Source: Raillietiella orientalis | Lineage: Eukaryota | Direction of reading: 5' to 3' | NCBI GenBank assembly: GCA_036172245.1 | Contig: JAYWIR010000043.1 | Coordinates: 496,001 to 560,000, forward strand | DNA length: 64,000 nucleotides | Shown: in pieces, positions 49,151 through 63,172 of the stretch | Position numbering within the stretch: position 1 is the stretch's first letter | Layout of the letters: each line of letters starts with the position of its first letter | The notes under the pieces: generated by a model | What the model was told of the DNA's origin: nothing | What the model saw: only the letters and a program-made list of their open reading frames with translations | The model's database searches: none | Translations under genes and position numbers: made by a program

Positions 49151-52100
49151 CTCAGCGTCCTCCTTGATCTTGTTCCCCACTGTTGCCTGCTCTCTCTTGA
49201 CCTTGAACGGTAAAGAGGGTGGAGGAGACGGAAGTGCGGACCTGTTCGTCTGGCGAGCAGGAGTTTCCGTTGCGAAAGAGGAGTGGGAGGAGGAGGTCCG
49301 TCCAGCGTCTCTTCGGGGAGTCCCGAGGGCGGTCGGGAGAGCAGTCATGGGACCACAGGCGCCCGAGAAGGTGCATTCGCTCCTAACTCGTCCTGTGCAG
49401 GAGGAGAGCTCTCCCGTTGCCGTAAGCTGTAGGTTCCACGCCTTCGTGGACTTTCCAGGAGACTCCCTCCCGCATTGGGAGCGCCTCCTCCAAGCGATCG
49501 GAGAGCATCGCGTTCTCGGGAAGGGCGAACGGGGCAGGAGGAGGTTCTCGCCGGGTCCCTTCCGGAGCAAACCCCCCGTCTCGGCAGCTCTCTTCGGCTC
49601 TTAGCCGCAGCTCCTTGAGATGCATCCGGGGCGTTTCCCACCGAGCGGGTGGGGACCAGACGCCTCGGCGGATCCGGGAGGAGGGATAGGGGGGGAGAAA
49701 CGGTATTGAAGGGAGGGGCGCGCTTACGCTCCGTCCTCGCGCCGATGAGGTCACACGAGGGTGGTGCGGAGCATCGGGACGGAGGTCCCCCGCATGTGCG
49801 GGAATGGCCCGCGTCTCTAGAACTTTCCAGTTTTTTTCTCGAAGTTGTGTTTTTTTGGCTTTTCGGGTGCTGAGGTCGGTTCTTGTGGGCTCCTGAGTCG
49901 CATCGACGCTGCCTGTGCCTCGAGGTGGGCGACGTCTTCCCACCACGCCCGGATCGAGAGAGAGAAGAAGACGACGTGGAAGAGAGAGAGAGCCTTTCCT
50001 TCGTGGGCAGCGGCAGATCAATAGCGGCCGGGTCGCTCGGATGCGGAGATGCTGCTGATCCTAGACGCGAGGGGTGCGTAGGCAGGAGGACTGAGCAGTG
50101 CCGACGGAGGAGGTGCGTACCTAGTACGAGAACTTTCCCGCGCGCCTTCCCTTCTCGGCATTGCGGGGCCCACGCGCGACGCGATCCCCTGAGGAAACTC
50201 CGTGGGAGCACCCGAGGTGCGCAGGGCGGTCGCCACTCGACGCCGGACTGCCGCTGCTACTGCTGCTGCCTGGCACGGAAGGATGAGGCTGGGAGGGACT
50301 CGATGTTCCGCTGCCACCCTGACGGCGTCGCCACCTCCCTTTGGAACCTCGACTTGGCCCGCGCAGGTTACGGAGCGACAGGGGGCCGCCAGCCTTTCGA
50401 ATCTCTCGGTGGCCTCTTTAGCCCAGAGTGCGCATCAGCTTCCGCGTTCTCACGCAGCATCTCAGGATGAGGAAGAGAGCCATATCTCCGAATAGAGCAT
50501 CCGATGCCTCCATTTTTCATCTTTTCCCTCACGAGGGCCCCCCCTCCCCTTCGCTCATTTTGCCTTTTCCCTTTCGTTTTTGCTTTCATCTCGGTTTCTT
50601 GCATTTGTATTCCGCTGGCACTTCATCTCTAACGTCTGTGTTGATGGCCACGCTGAAGGCAGGGGTCGTCAACCGCGCTCGCTCCCGAGAAGGAGAGAAT
50701 GGAAGTAAAAAAAATGGTCCGCTCGAGTTTTTTTCCCGCCTCTCGTGGCTTCTTCGCACAGCATCTCACCGTTCGCTGCTCGTTGGCGAAATCGCGAGTT
50801 CCGGTGCGGATGCTGCTGCGGGATCTCCCTTGTGATCCCGTTCTCTATGTGCCACCCACTGGTACGTTGACAAACCCCGAGCAGGGAGCGTGGGGTCCTC
50901 CATCATTGTTCTTCTTTCTTCCCTCATCTTCTGTTCCGATTCCATCTCTCGCACATCGGGTGGCTGCCTGTGCCTTTCGGTTTTCGCGGTCCGTACATGG
51001 GACCTCGAGAACCAGAGTGGGGACTTCTCTTCCGGGGATCGGAGACATGGAGAGGGAAGCTCGAGGTTTCCATGCAAGCATCTCCCGCTCTCCCACGCAC
51101 CGCTGAAGCTCCTGCTGCATGGCGCAGGGCGCGTTTCGACCAGGGACTCAACTTCAGAAGAAACAGAGAAATCCGATGTTCCTGGAGCGCATCTGCTCCC
51201 CAAAGACGAGTCTGGGGAGCCTCTCCACTTCTCTTTCGGCTTCAAGAGTGAGTCCACTGACTAAACAGGGAGGGAGGAGATCTGGAACGTCGGATGAGCA
51301 TTCGGACGCTGGCTGCTGCAGACCGATTCACGGGTGGATGCGTTCGGGAACTCTGTTACCTGCAGAGCATCGCAGCATCCGACTGGATAGGCCTTCGTTT
51401 CTTGTTCTCATCCCGTGGTGGGGAATCTTTTTTTTCTTTCCTTGCCCTTCCTAGAGAGAGAGCCTCACCCAAGCGCTAGTTCGCCGAAGGTGACTGGAGG
51501 CCTGTAGATCCGGGAGCGATTCCGAGCTTAAGCGAATTCCGTCAGTCGGAATCACCCACCCGGAGACGACGTTTTTCTGCAGGAATCGGAGTTTTGAAAT
51601 TTCGGTCCGGATTTATGAGGATCAGAGGAGAGGCAAAGCTCGCCACGCCCACTGGTCGCTTCACATTGTGATACGCACGGATTGAGGTGGCAAAAAAAAA
51701 AAAGCCGACTAAGCTTTTGGATAAAGTTTCTCAGAGGAGTACTCTTGCTGCGTTGGACCATTCTGCAGATGCATTCTACGCAGAGGAGAAGAGGATCTTC
51801 CGGTGTCTGTCCGTGTGCAGGTGGCAGAATTCTCCTTGCCGGACTGCGGAAGGAGGGTTTAAGATGAAAACATTTCAGCAAAGCTTATTTCTCTCTCGGG
51901 CTGCGGAACGCCAAAGGGAGAATGTCCGTGACAGCTTCCTGGATCCAGTTGAGCAAATGAACATCGCCACTGAAACCACTCCTTTGCAGTGGGTCGTAAA
52001 AGCGTTGACGTTAACGACAACAGTTGTTACAGATATTCACTTGGACTATTAGGAGCACCGAAACTTCTCGAAATCAAGCTTTGATTCTAGAAGAGAACTC

Positions 52101-55100
52101 CTTCCACGGTCTGACCTATGCAAGAGTATCGGAAGAGTCTGAAACGAGGAGCTCTCTGCATAGCTTTCCACGGTCTTTTCGAGGCCCCCCCCCCTCAAAA
52201 AAAAAAAAGAAAGGAGGCTCCGGTACGATGCTTCGGTTTGGAAACTTCCCGAAGAGCAGCCAGGAAGCGAAAACTGTTCCCACTGCGTTCACCCTCGAAT
52301 TGGAAAGGAGAAGTTCCGATCTGATTTCCCCGTGTGATCTTGGTGCGCCTCTCGGTCCACCTCAGAAGATCCCAAATCGAGGGTGCCAGGTGGGGTACCT
52401 CCGACTGAAACGGGACGAAAATCGCCGACGTAGCCCTTTTCTCCGCGTGAGCGGATTTTGCGAAACCGTGTCGAGGAACGGGGTGACTGCGTGCAGGGGA
52501 AAAATCTTGGGAAAAGGGTATTTGCGAATCAGTCCCATAGCCATGCTGATTTCGACGGAACGGCAGTCGGAAGCTGCCGAACCGAGATGAGACGATCCGG
52601 CGCGGCCAATTTGGGGAACACATTGGAGACGCATCTTTGAAAAGTTGACTATTCTGGAGTCAGCGAAAGAGTTCGAGGCTTCCGTCCACTTACTGAAAAT
52701 GCGTAGCGATCGTCGGGGGTGACAGGAAATAGGCAGGCAGTCAGTTTGCAAAGTCTACGACGCCCTCAAGCGTGCTACCGACTGGGCTGAAGTGTATGGC
52801 GATTTGCCCAGTAAACATAATGGTAGCACGAAGACACGTGGGTATTGCTTTCTGGCCAGGGCGCACTTTTCCTGGACGAGGGGCAATGTACAATCGCATA
52901 CGTCGACAGGTCCGAGCTGCAGCTAGGCAAGCGTGATGCAAACGGAAGAGAGAAACCTCAGCTTGTTGATGTGCTCTTGAAGCTCTCTTGGGAGCACCTG
53001 GTCCACGTCTGAACTTCCGTCTCGACGCGGATTTCCGAATTTCCACTGCTCTGCCTAATTCGTTCTTTCCCAAATGATATGGGAAAGAATGAATTAGCCT
53101 GTTGATTCAACTCAAACCTGAGTGTATCCCGCATAAAGCCCAGAAGCAGCCTCAATCCTGTATCAGGGAAGTACACGGAGGCGTGGACACAATCCGGTTG
53201 GTTACACCAAACTTAGTATTCCCTCTAGAGGAAAGGGAAGGGAGGGTGCAGTTCGGTCAGAATGGACACAGGAATGTCTACTTTCCAAGACGATTCCCTC
53301 TGACCCATTTTTGTTTTTTCCGTTCAACTCGTCCGGATGGCAACGTACTTGACGACGGGCGATCAATGGTTCGTTTCCGGTGCTCCTATATGATGAATAT
53401 GCTCATTCACTTTGGGAAGTAATTTGATGGGTTCTGGGTTTCTAGAGTGCTCTCGACACTCTAGGAAATAGAAGGGATTTCCTGAGAGACAAATTTCTAT
53501 GAAGTTTCCGAGAAGATGGCGTCTTCGAAACAGGCGAGAGAGACCTTGTGCCTTCCATCGCTCCGACTCTGGCGCTTCGCGCTCCGTGGACGCACTGTGA
53601 ACCCATCGGCCGAAGACTGTTTCCAAGGAGATTCCTGCTTCCACGTTGATTGAAGGATCGCTGACTCTGGATTCTCATGAATTGAATTCAGCAAAAAATA
53701 ATAATTATTATTATTGTTATTTTGTATGAATTTTGTCATCTATGAGCTCCTGAAAAGCTGAGTTGGGAACGATTCGGAAGCACACCTCGCAAGTCGTTGC
53801 TATGGAGGAATAACTGACACTTGAGAGGGTGGATGGACCAGTGAACTTGCGTGAATAACAAACAAATAAAGAATACTTGGTAAAGCAAGTAAATCAATAA
53901 CAATCTAGTAAGCTGAAGGTCCAAGCTTACCATGAAGTGATATTTCCAAGTATTTTCTAGAATGAGTCTATTGTGAAAACACTGAAATTGCTGTGGTATG
54001 CCTGAAAACTTGCTTGTGAGCATGTTTTTCAATCAGCTTTCGTATCAGCAAAAGAATAAATCAAATTTTATCCATCATTCTCGGTTTCTATGGCAACACG
54101 ATTTCTGGGGAGTCGAACCGAGTAGCATCGAGTTTGAATTTTTTTTTCCCCCTGCGTGACACTCTTTGTGTTTTGAGTAAATCTGAAGTTCCACTGTCTA
54201 AAATATAAGCTAAATATAATAAAAGAAAAAATTCCCTAGACAATCTGATAATTCCGAAATGACAAATGGGAATGACAAGCTGACTTTGGTGTGAGGGGCT
54301 GGGATCGGCTTTCCGTGGTGGACACTGGCTTTATGTAGTTTCCTCGAACATAAGCTAACAGCAAGGGCATCTTTTCAGGGGTTCAGCGTCCATTTCCAGC
54401 CGGAAGGCCCGAATTTCTGGTTGCTCAGTGCGTGCGAGGACAGGACTTCCTTACTTTGTTCCATACTTTGGGTTTTCCATCATGTTGGAGCTCATTTTTC
54501 GCTTCCAGGAGCGCAATTTCTCAGATTTGGAAATGCTCATTGTCCTTCGAGGAGTTTTCCAGGTAGGCCGGAAAACTCCTTGAAGGCTGCCTCTTAGGTC
54601 TCTCGCTGTTGACTGATTCGGATGCCAGGTCATTCCTCGTCATCTCGTGCTCTGTCCTGAAAACAGCACAGTGCTTCCCATTCTCATCTTTTGGTTTGTG
54701 CTGGACGATTTCGAGGATGTTTCCTTTCTTTTATGGCACATTGGCATCATGTGGCTGCTAATGGACGAGCTGCAGGATCGTTGGAACGCCATCGGAAATC
54801 TTCATTCCTGTATTCCTGTACAAAAAGGGAGAGAGAAGGAGAGCATCCGATTCAAGGGGAAGAACCAGCATCACCAAATCACTCAGCCCTGCTCCATGGC
54901 TCATCTGGGGGGTTGGCATGCTTTAGAGCATGACCGAGGAGGACCGGCTGGAGTGACGGAAACGTATCTCGATGGATGCCCATGCATTTAGCAAGTGATT
55001 ACTTGTGGATGTCCATAGACAGATTTCCGACTGCTTCAGTTCAATCTTCTGAGGTCCTTTCCTTCATCTTTCGAGGTTCTTTATTCCTCCAGATCTTGAC

Positions 55101-56062
55101 CGCAATGAAATGTGAATGCTCGATAAGCAGTCGAAATGCATTTGGAAGGAAAAATGGAGGACTACACTTAAAAGCACAAATTGATGATGGAAGGAAAAAT
55201 AAAATGAAATGAAAAAAAAAAAAAAAAAATTAGAAATAAAGAAATACACAATAGTGAATTCGGTTTTATCCAAAGGTTCGTTGGTTTCATTTTCTGGGGT
55301 CTGAGCGATGACTGCAAGCATTTCCCCCGGGCGTTGTCCTTTTCCAATGATCGCATGGGAATCGCATTTGGAGGATTTGCGTGAAACACACGTTTTGCGT
55401 GACACGTCGTTCGGGGACGTTGGAAAGGACACTGCTGCTTCGGACCTTGTCCTGGATCAGCAGAATTTTCAGCTAGTAAAACAGGATGAACGATGGAGGG
55501 TGTTGAGGAAGCGGCTGAGAGACCGAAGCGACAGCTCCGCAGCAGAATGGGAAGTTCTGAAGGTTTCTCAGGCAGGCGAATGGAAACCAACAGAGACGTC
55601 GGTCCTTCAAGAGAAGCGAAGAAAAGAGGAGGGTTTCACGGGCGCAGCTCAATTCGCCATGTCTTTCTCGAAAAAAACGAACAAGAGGTCCATAAGTCCA
55701 GAAGATGCTTTTATTAATTTTGGTCATTCTATTGTGCGAACAATCATCAGAAAAGCATCAGAAACTCGAATGAAAAATCTATCCTTTTTTACCTACTGCC
55801 ATGTCTTCCAACGAAAAATGGCTTCGCTTCCTTAAGAACGCAGCCTTCATACCTTTCCTCGGATAATTATAGGGAGCCAACTCCTCTTTCCTTTACAAAA
55901 ATACAAAAACAAGGTGGCTCCACGGGTTTGACACGGTCACGTTTTGCAGCCATTCCTCGCTGCCCATCACCATTTCAGTAGGCGTGTCTCCCACGAGGAC
56001 TGGACTCCAAACCGAACGCAAAGTGAAACTTTAGACTACTCCTCTATTCGTCTCCCGAAATT

Positions 56063-56178
56063 CTATTCCGTTAACAGGTAAGGCATGCGAGAGTTGCGCT
56101 TCCACAGGATGAATCCGACGAGGACTCCAAGGCATATCCCGAGCACGAACATGGAGAAACCTAGCCCGGCCATGGAAC
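56063..56178 (-). CDS. Uncharacterised single-pass membrane protein, last exon (TM and short tail)
   Basis: GSMAGLGFSMFVLGICLGVLVGFILWKRNSRMPYLLTE*; acceptor cccag; stop TAG 56065-56063. Confidence 0.88.
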
Positions 56179-56252
56179 CTGGGTCGGGAGATGCGGCGAT
56201 GACGGGGGTGGGGGGCAAAATGAAAAAAAAAAATTCTCTTTTTCCCTCTTAC

Positions 56253-56355
56253 CTGACGTGTATCCAGGGCGGGTGAACCGAAACGACTTGTGGCGCCTCT
56301 TCGAATGGATCTCTTCGGATGCAATTCGGAGCGACCCTTGCCTTATCACTATCAG
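56253..56355 (-). CDS. Uncharacterised single-pass membrane protein, penultimate exon
   Basis: LIVIRQGSLRIASEEIHSKRRHKSFRFTRPGYTS; acceptor ttttcttctag, donor cag|gtaaga; phase 0/1 fits the neighbouring exons. Confidence 0.85.
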
Positions 56356-57473
56356 CTAGAAGAAAACACGCCCTGTTGAAACATGCTCGCGGGGATGACT
56401 TGCAGACAAGGAAGCGCGCTTCATCCAGATCGGAAAGATCGGCGAATTCCAGAGGAAACTTTTGCAACTCCTTTCAGAAACACACGTGCTCAGCCATCGC
56501 AGTCTACTCGTTGGGTCATCCGCAGGCCGTGTCGCTGGAACGGTCTTGCCTTGCTGTCGGTCCGCGCGACCCACGTGAAGAATAGATGCGGAAGGTAGCC
56601 CAGCAACAGAAAGAAGTGTAAAGTCGTGACGCGGTCGGACACCAAGCTACGTTTCAAGTGGGGGGCAGCAGCATTACTTCTTATGAGGACGTTGGCCAAA
56701 GACGGTCGCTAGAATCTTTCCGGCTTCCATTTTGTATGTGGCACGTCCATCCGCAGGCAAAGAACCGCCTCGCCGCAGGAAAGGGAGGAGAACCAAGTTA
56801 CGGCGAGCAGAAGCATTCCCCCCATACACACGAATCAGTCCTCGAAGTGGATCAAATGTCCAATCGGATCCATTCTTTGCGCCAGAAATCCCAGAGTGGC
56901 GCAGACGTGTACGAGGGCTTTGTTTGCTCCATCAGTAGAGTCTCCGGAAGCGTTCCAATTTCGTTCGGTTCGAGTTCTGTGAGGTGCTGCATTTGGCCGG
57001 ACGTGGCGAAACGGTCCTTTGCGGTCTTTTCTCGTTTGAGCACGGAAGGTGAGTCCACTTCCAACCACGTCCACACCACAGCCACACAAGCGACGGCGGA
57101 TCAAGAATTTCCATCACAAAAGGAGCAGGGAAGCGAACCGCACCGTCTTACCGCACCCGATTACATTATTTATGTATAATATCGTGTCTCACATAGCGCG
57201 CGCGCTCCCATAACGCATCATTTGTTACTGACGGAAGCGGACCGCGCTCCATGCAACCGATGATCTGAGCTGCTCCTTCCACCTCCCTCTTCATCACAAC
57301 AACAACAGCTGTTGGATAAGCGAAGCAAAGGGAGCACAGAGCACTCCGAGTTCGCGTTCGACGCCATCGAGATCGCAGAGAAGAAGAAGAAGAAGCTCTT
57401 TTTCGGAAGGTCACCACGTAAGGTCTTCCGAGGGATTCCCCAAGGCACGCGCGCTCGGAAAAAGGGAGATTAC

Positions 57474-57662
57474 CATATGCTTGTCTGGAAGGACGTCGAT
57501 GCGGAACATGAGTTTCTCTTTGGCAGTGGCGTCGTGCAGCAATTTGTACGATTCCAGAAGATCCAGTTCGTAATTCAGAGGAGCCCTGGAGTCCACCACG
57601 ACGGGCTTTTCGAGCAAGGTGAACCAGAGAAAGGAATCGTTCCCACTCCTCCCTTCCGTCAA
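57474..57662 (-). CDS. Uncharacterised single-pass membrane protein, internal exon
   Basis: LTEGRSGNDSFLWFTLLEKP...ELDLLESYKLLHDATAKEKLMFRIDVLPDKHM; acceptor actcag, donor atg|gtaatc; 189 nt, phase 0/0. Confidence 0.88.
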
Positions 57663-57716
57663 CTGAGTGGCGGATTAGGTGGCTGCCAGGCGAGTTGGGG
57701 GTGGGGGGGGACTTAC

Positions 57717-57826
57717 CATGAGATTCGCGATCCGCAGAGGAGAAACTCCAGACAGGCTGGCCAGGGTCTTTTTGATCCTGTCCATGGCCAAATCGGTGCT
57801 GTACTTGGCGAGCTGGGAATGGTTCG
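57717..57826 (-). CDS. Uncharacterised single-pass membrane protein, internal exon
   Basis: NHSQLAKYSTDLAMDRIKKTLASLSGVSPLRIANLM; acceptor ttttccag, donor atg|gtaagt; 54-nt intron to the next exon. Confidence 0.88.
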
Positions 57827-60800
57827 CTGGAAAAGCGCTGCTATCATGTACGGAAGGTTTCGGATTTTCCGGAAATAACTTTCACATATGCGCTCAAAGA
57901 CTTTGCAGTTTCAAGGAAAAGACAAACAGCAAAGAAGGAGGAAAAAACGGAAGACGAAACAAATGCTTTTCCTTGTTTTTTCTTTTTTTTTGTAGAAGAA
58001 GAAACACTGAAATTGCATGCGTACATCACATTCTAATTACGGCACTCCACCGTTCCCATTGGGAAATTTGAGTGATGGCAACACACACGAGATGAGTTCC
58101 TGTGGTCGCAATCCCAGGTGATGCTTTGCAGGCTGGGATGATGGAGCCTTGGATGGACTTTGCGATGCGAAACGATTACATTTCTCCTCGGAGTGATTCC
58201 ATTTTAAAACCAATTTTCGCCTCGCTGCTTATGTACCGTCAAGATGTACTGTAGCGGATCCGAGCTCCTCGCCGAAAAAGCCGATAGCATCGACAAACTC
58301 ATGGATCGTCTCCCATTCTGAAGCTTCAGATTATCATCAGCTTCTTGTTTTGGTGGAAGATTGATGAGACTGCGAACGCAAGTTGATACGTGAGCGGTTC
58401 CTTATAGAATAAATCACGAAGGACTTTGGGAGTTTTTCTCATCTTTGCTCTTCCTGAACTCGAATTCCTTTGTTTTTTTATTGCCCTTCAATTCTTAATT
58501 CAAACGATTGCGCGCCCGCGGCGCGCACTTGAATTCCTCGGCCGAGCACACACTCGAGCAGAAATGTGAAAATCCCCGTGTCAAAGGTCCATGCTGCGGC
58601 GGCAGGAGGACCGTCAAACGATGCCTGTGGAGTATCTTGAGAGAAAGGAAACAAACGACGCTTTCTGTCCTCCCGACGTGCTTCCTCCACCGCGCCCCGG
58701 TCACCGGCGGAGTTACCGAGTAGCAGTATGATAACAGTACAGCATAATCCAGGGAGGCGAAGGGGGGGGGGAAAAAAAAAGGCAGGTGGAGAGCGAGATA
58801 ATGGAGGTCAGGTCTGGAAACAGCAGGATAAGAAAACTTCAAACAGAGTAATATCGAAGACGCCTTGTGGCACAAAAACGAAGACCCTTTGTTCCTCTTG
58901 TTTCCCACAGACGGAGAGATAACAGATTGTGGGGAATTCACCTTCCAGCTGCTGGGTGAAGCAGCTGCAGAATGGGTCGGCTTGCGACCACACAACTTCA
59001 CCAAATTTACGAGCAGATCATGTCTTTTTTTTTTTCTTCCTTTTTTCTCGGTGTAACAACGGCAACATTGCCACAGAGGAACGGAACGCACAGCGGATTG
59101 TCAACGACCGTGTTGTGCGTGCGCCACGGCCGAGGAGGATCCCTCGCGCCCAAACCCAGGAGGGTTAGGAAATTAAAAAGGAATTCCAAGACCGCCTCAT
59201 TCCTCCCATCTTCCTGGAACCAATCGCTTCGGATTTGTTAGAGGCTCCTGGGCGAGCTCGACGGAGACGAGCAGTGAAGCATTCTTCCCTGCTTTTGAGG
59301 ACAGACCAGACAGAGCTCAGTTTGGCATGACGCAGTGTCTTTCATGTCGTTTGGTGCGTGGGCCAAAGTCAAGCGACGATTACGAATCGTCCAACGTCCA
59401 CCAATCGATTCTATGGAACGGAAGGAAGAAACATTGCAAGACGGAACGTAACTGCAGCTGGGCTCCAACTCTGCAGCGAAAGTTCAGGACGTCTTCACCG
59501 AAATCCCAGCTCGTGACAAGATGACGGAAGGGCAAGTGAGGACATCCACGAGAGTTTTCGATGTGCGGAAGGAAGGCTTCAGAATCTGGATGAATCGTTC
59601 CCTAGGTCCGTCATAGCTTATGAGAAAAGAGGGCAGAAAGACAATCCCCGCATCGAGAGCAGCATTTCCTGGAAGCGATGACGAGAGATCGCCTTCCTTT
59701 GCCAAAAAAAAAAAAAAAAAAAATACAACGCCACCGTCTTTCCGAGTTTGGAAGCAAGTGATTCTCCTTCCCCTCTTGACAGAGCTCATGTTTGCGAAAA
59801 TTCCTCAGATGTTTCCCTGAGAAGAAGTAGCTCGACCTCCTCAATCCATGAATGCATCGAATGGCCTCAGTTTTTGAGAAGGAGCTTCCTCTTTGACACC
59901 TGGAATTTCTTCCTTTCTCTTGAAATCTCACTCAACAGTTGATTTCTTCCTAGGATCACTTGCGCTGATCAAGAGGTGAGCAGCATCTCCCGTGTACCTG
60001 ACTCTCAGTGCGAGGATGAGCTGGAGAGCTGATTTGAAACTTTCCCTCATCTAATCGCGTTCTCGAGGGCGAGCCTCCAGTCGAAAAGTTCTAACGAGAA
60101 AACGGATTTCGCGACTGACCGAAGAAGCTGGGAATCTGACCTAATGAGGATCAGAACGTGGTAGAGTCAAGGTCATTACGCAAGGAACTGAAAGGAAACC
60201 TCTTGTGGACTAGGAAAGCTTGCTCAGAAAAATTGGGAAGAGGGAAGCTAATAACGAAGGAGACGCACTGCAATTCCTTTCTGGAATGGGAATGGGGACA
60301 TTCGCGCTTGGAAGTCGAGTTGTTTAATCTGAATTTATGGTTCCCAGCATCTTCACCGGAAGCTCTGCTTCTGGCGTCACTTAAAGAATTCTGTTGAAGC
60401 TGCAGTGTCCCGAGATTACCACTGCCGTAATCCTCAGCTGCCACGAGAGAGAGAGATAAGGATTATGGAAGCTTTTAAGCCCGCAGCACGTTATGATACT
60501 TCTTTAAGGAAAGATTTCAATAAAGGTCAAAGCCACAGCTTGCTAGAGAAAATTCTGCGAGCCCACACGAGATGCTGACAATTTCTTCCACTTTTCCCAC
60601 TCTGATACTCCTCTAGGATTGGGATAAGTATTCCTGAAGTGTGTTTGAAACACTTACATACACTCCTCGTAATGATACGATGTCCGAAGTTTCTGACTGA
60701 TACGAAAATCAGTGTAAGAATTAGCATGAGATCAGTGAGAGATTTAGGACTTTGGCTATTTCAAGATGGCTGTCCGAGCGGGTCCGCTCGTGTTGCACGT

Positions 60801-61980
60801 GGCAAAAGCCGAGAGAAGAAGATTTCCTGTTTTCCATTGCTTTCGATCGTATCCTTGCCTCAGACAGAGCAGAGGGTCTCAAAACTGACCACAATCACGT
60901 GGGTGAATCCGAGGACAACACCAGCTTGAAGCTGGAACAGCGCTCATTTGTGGACCGCAATTCCTCTATCTGAGAGAGCAATACTCTCAGTTTACAAGAA
61001 TTTGCCAAAAGATAAATTGCCGATAATGCTTTTGATTCAGGATATCTTTTCTTTGGTGCGCCAGCAGTTTTCTGGGTCTCCTTCCCATACCTTTTCTGAG
61101 GGGAAAGGAAAACTGCTGAGAGGACCCTTTGAGCAGCTTCCGTCCAATGCCAGAAAGCTAAGGGAGGCACTCGTTCGCTGCACTGCAGCTTCTGGGGGTT
61201 ATCTTCTCAAAGATCATTCTGAACCGAAGAAAACTCAGTTCACCATGGGATCCTGCATGGGTCTGGGGTAAAGAGAGGGCGAAACACACCCAAACATTCT
61301 ATGTGGGCCCGCATCATTCGCTTCCGCACTTAAGAGATTTCAGCAGGCTTCACACGATGACTCGGGACAAAAGCACCACTGACAGAAATGAAAAAAACCA
61401 AATGCCTTTCCCAAGTAGCACTTGCCTTTGGGTCATGCAAAATGACTACCCGTCATCATCAATACTGTTTACATTTTGCTCTTTTTGGCTCTCCTGTAGT
61501 GTCATGAAATCTGCAATTTTTGTGATTAAGGCAGTGGCACGAGGCCCAGCTCGATCTATTTCAGAGCGCATGCGCATTCCTTCACGAGCTTAGCTATTCG
61601 TGGTCCTCGCTTCCAGCCGAAGTTGCGATCACAATTATGAAAATAGTGTGAGAAGTGGCAAATTGGCCATGGCGGGCTTGACGCGACTACACGGAACCTT
61701 CATCTACATGGGATTTCAGTTCTCCAGTTTCACTGGTCCACGAGATGCTTTCACTTGCACGTTCACAAACACACCCACAACTTCACCCTTCAAAATGCCG
61801 ACAAATCGGTTGGCCACCCGAGGAGAAGATCATAAAGCACGAGCAAACCTCGGTGGGGTGATTTTCAAACCGAACGGTTCGACCCTCCGCCTTCGAAGGT
61901 ATTCCACCAGTGGACGACGACGTAAGACCTCCCTAAAGGTCGATTCGAAGCGCGGAGCCAGCTTGCGTCACTGAGGTTAC

Positions 61981-62119
61981 CTTTGATGGTCAGCACAAGA
62001 GTCATTTGGTTCCTTTGCCTCAAACAGACAGAAACATCGAATTCTTTCCACGCAGGATGACCAGTGTTGTAATTGAAGAAGAATGTGTGGAACTTCTTCG
62101 TGAACTTGGAAACGTCATT
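61981..62119 (-). CDS. Uncharacterised single-pass membrane protein, most upstream exon identified
   Basis: NDVSKFTKKFHTFFFNYNTGHPAWKEFDVSVCLRQRNQMTLVLTIK; acceptor ctgcttccag, donor aag|gtaacc; phase 1 end joins 57826 in frame. Confidence 0.8.
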
Positions 62120-62479
62120 CTGGAAGCAGAGGAAATGAGCACACGCACGAATGACAGAATTCGAAGAAAGAATAAAGGCAAAAATTCCCCTCTACAAAGA
62201 TTCCTCTTTTGCTGCTCCCTGTTGGTAAACACACGCTGCCGCAACCGATTCAAAAATCGGCTGCATTGGCACCTTTTAAGGAGAAGCTGCGTCGAGAATT
62301 TCACGTATGGACAGCGCCGTTTCCCTCGTAACCCCATGATTTTAAAACGGTAACATATTTTGAAGATATCCGTGGTTTCGTCCCAAAAGTGCTGAAGAGG
62401 AAGTTCTCATCGGTAACGTATATCTGCAAGCGATGTCCCAACTGATTCGACTTCGTCATTGACATTTCTTGACGCTTTC

Positions 62480-63100
62480 TTGAGTTCAAATCATGTCGAA
62501 AAAATCCTGGGAACTTCCGCCCTTCTCTGTTTGAGCATTTTCTCCTGGATGAAACGGTTTAGGACCGTTCAGACAGGAGCATCTGGCAGATTGCATCATG
62601 GAACCGTTTTGCAGGGCAACAGGAGATTCCGAGGAGGCACAACCATCTGAAATCTGCAATCATCAAACTGTGGAAGGTCGTCTTCTGCGGAATAAGGAGG
62701 CCTCGCCTTTGGCTGAGGCACCAACTGGTGCTTTCCATGCAGTCCCGGAGTCCGGGTTTCAAGAAGAGTCTGGAGGCTTGGCAAGCTCATACGGGTGGTC
62801 AGCATGGATGGAACCATTCAGGGTCCTTCAACTTGGTCAGAAATGCCTTTCCGCGGTCAAAATGTTCCTCCCGAATCCCATCTCCGGCAGTTCGAATTCA
62901 CAATTTTCGGGAGAGAAAGCCTCTTTCATCCGGAAGAAAGATTCGTCGCAGGTCGAGATGTTGGCGTATCCTCGACCACCCGTGCAGAAAGGATTCCGAC
63001 CAAAAAGATCGGTGGCGCGAAATGTCACCTCCGGAACAGCGCTCGGGAATGAAGTGCTGGAATGAAGACTTCGGAAGCACATCACCGAATCTGTTTCCAT
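62480..63100 (+). mobile_element. Decayed CR1-like LINE RT relic
   Basis: KNPGNFRPSL, QGNRRFRGGTT and RVVSMDG resemble P.NYRPISL, QHGFR.G.ST and QRVV..G in order. Confidence 0.4.
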
Positions 63101-63125
63101 TTCAAAGTGCTGCCACTCGTCTTTC

Positions 63126-63128
<3 letters not shown>

Positions 63129-63169
<41 letters not shown>
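63129..63169. repeat. (TA)20 microsatellite
   Basis: Uninterrupted TA dinucleotide run. Confidence 0.97.

Positions 63170-63172
<3 letters not shown>

Noticed and set aside
55308..55835. 175-aa plus-strand ORF
   Set aside because: No recognisable domain or splice context; overlaps the likely 3' UTR of the minus-strand gene.
58864..58964. Candidate minus-strand exon (CYLSVC...VFVFVPQ)
   Set aside because: Needs a weak GC donor; 61981-62119 supplies the same phase with canonical sites and a better motif.
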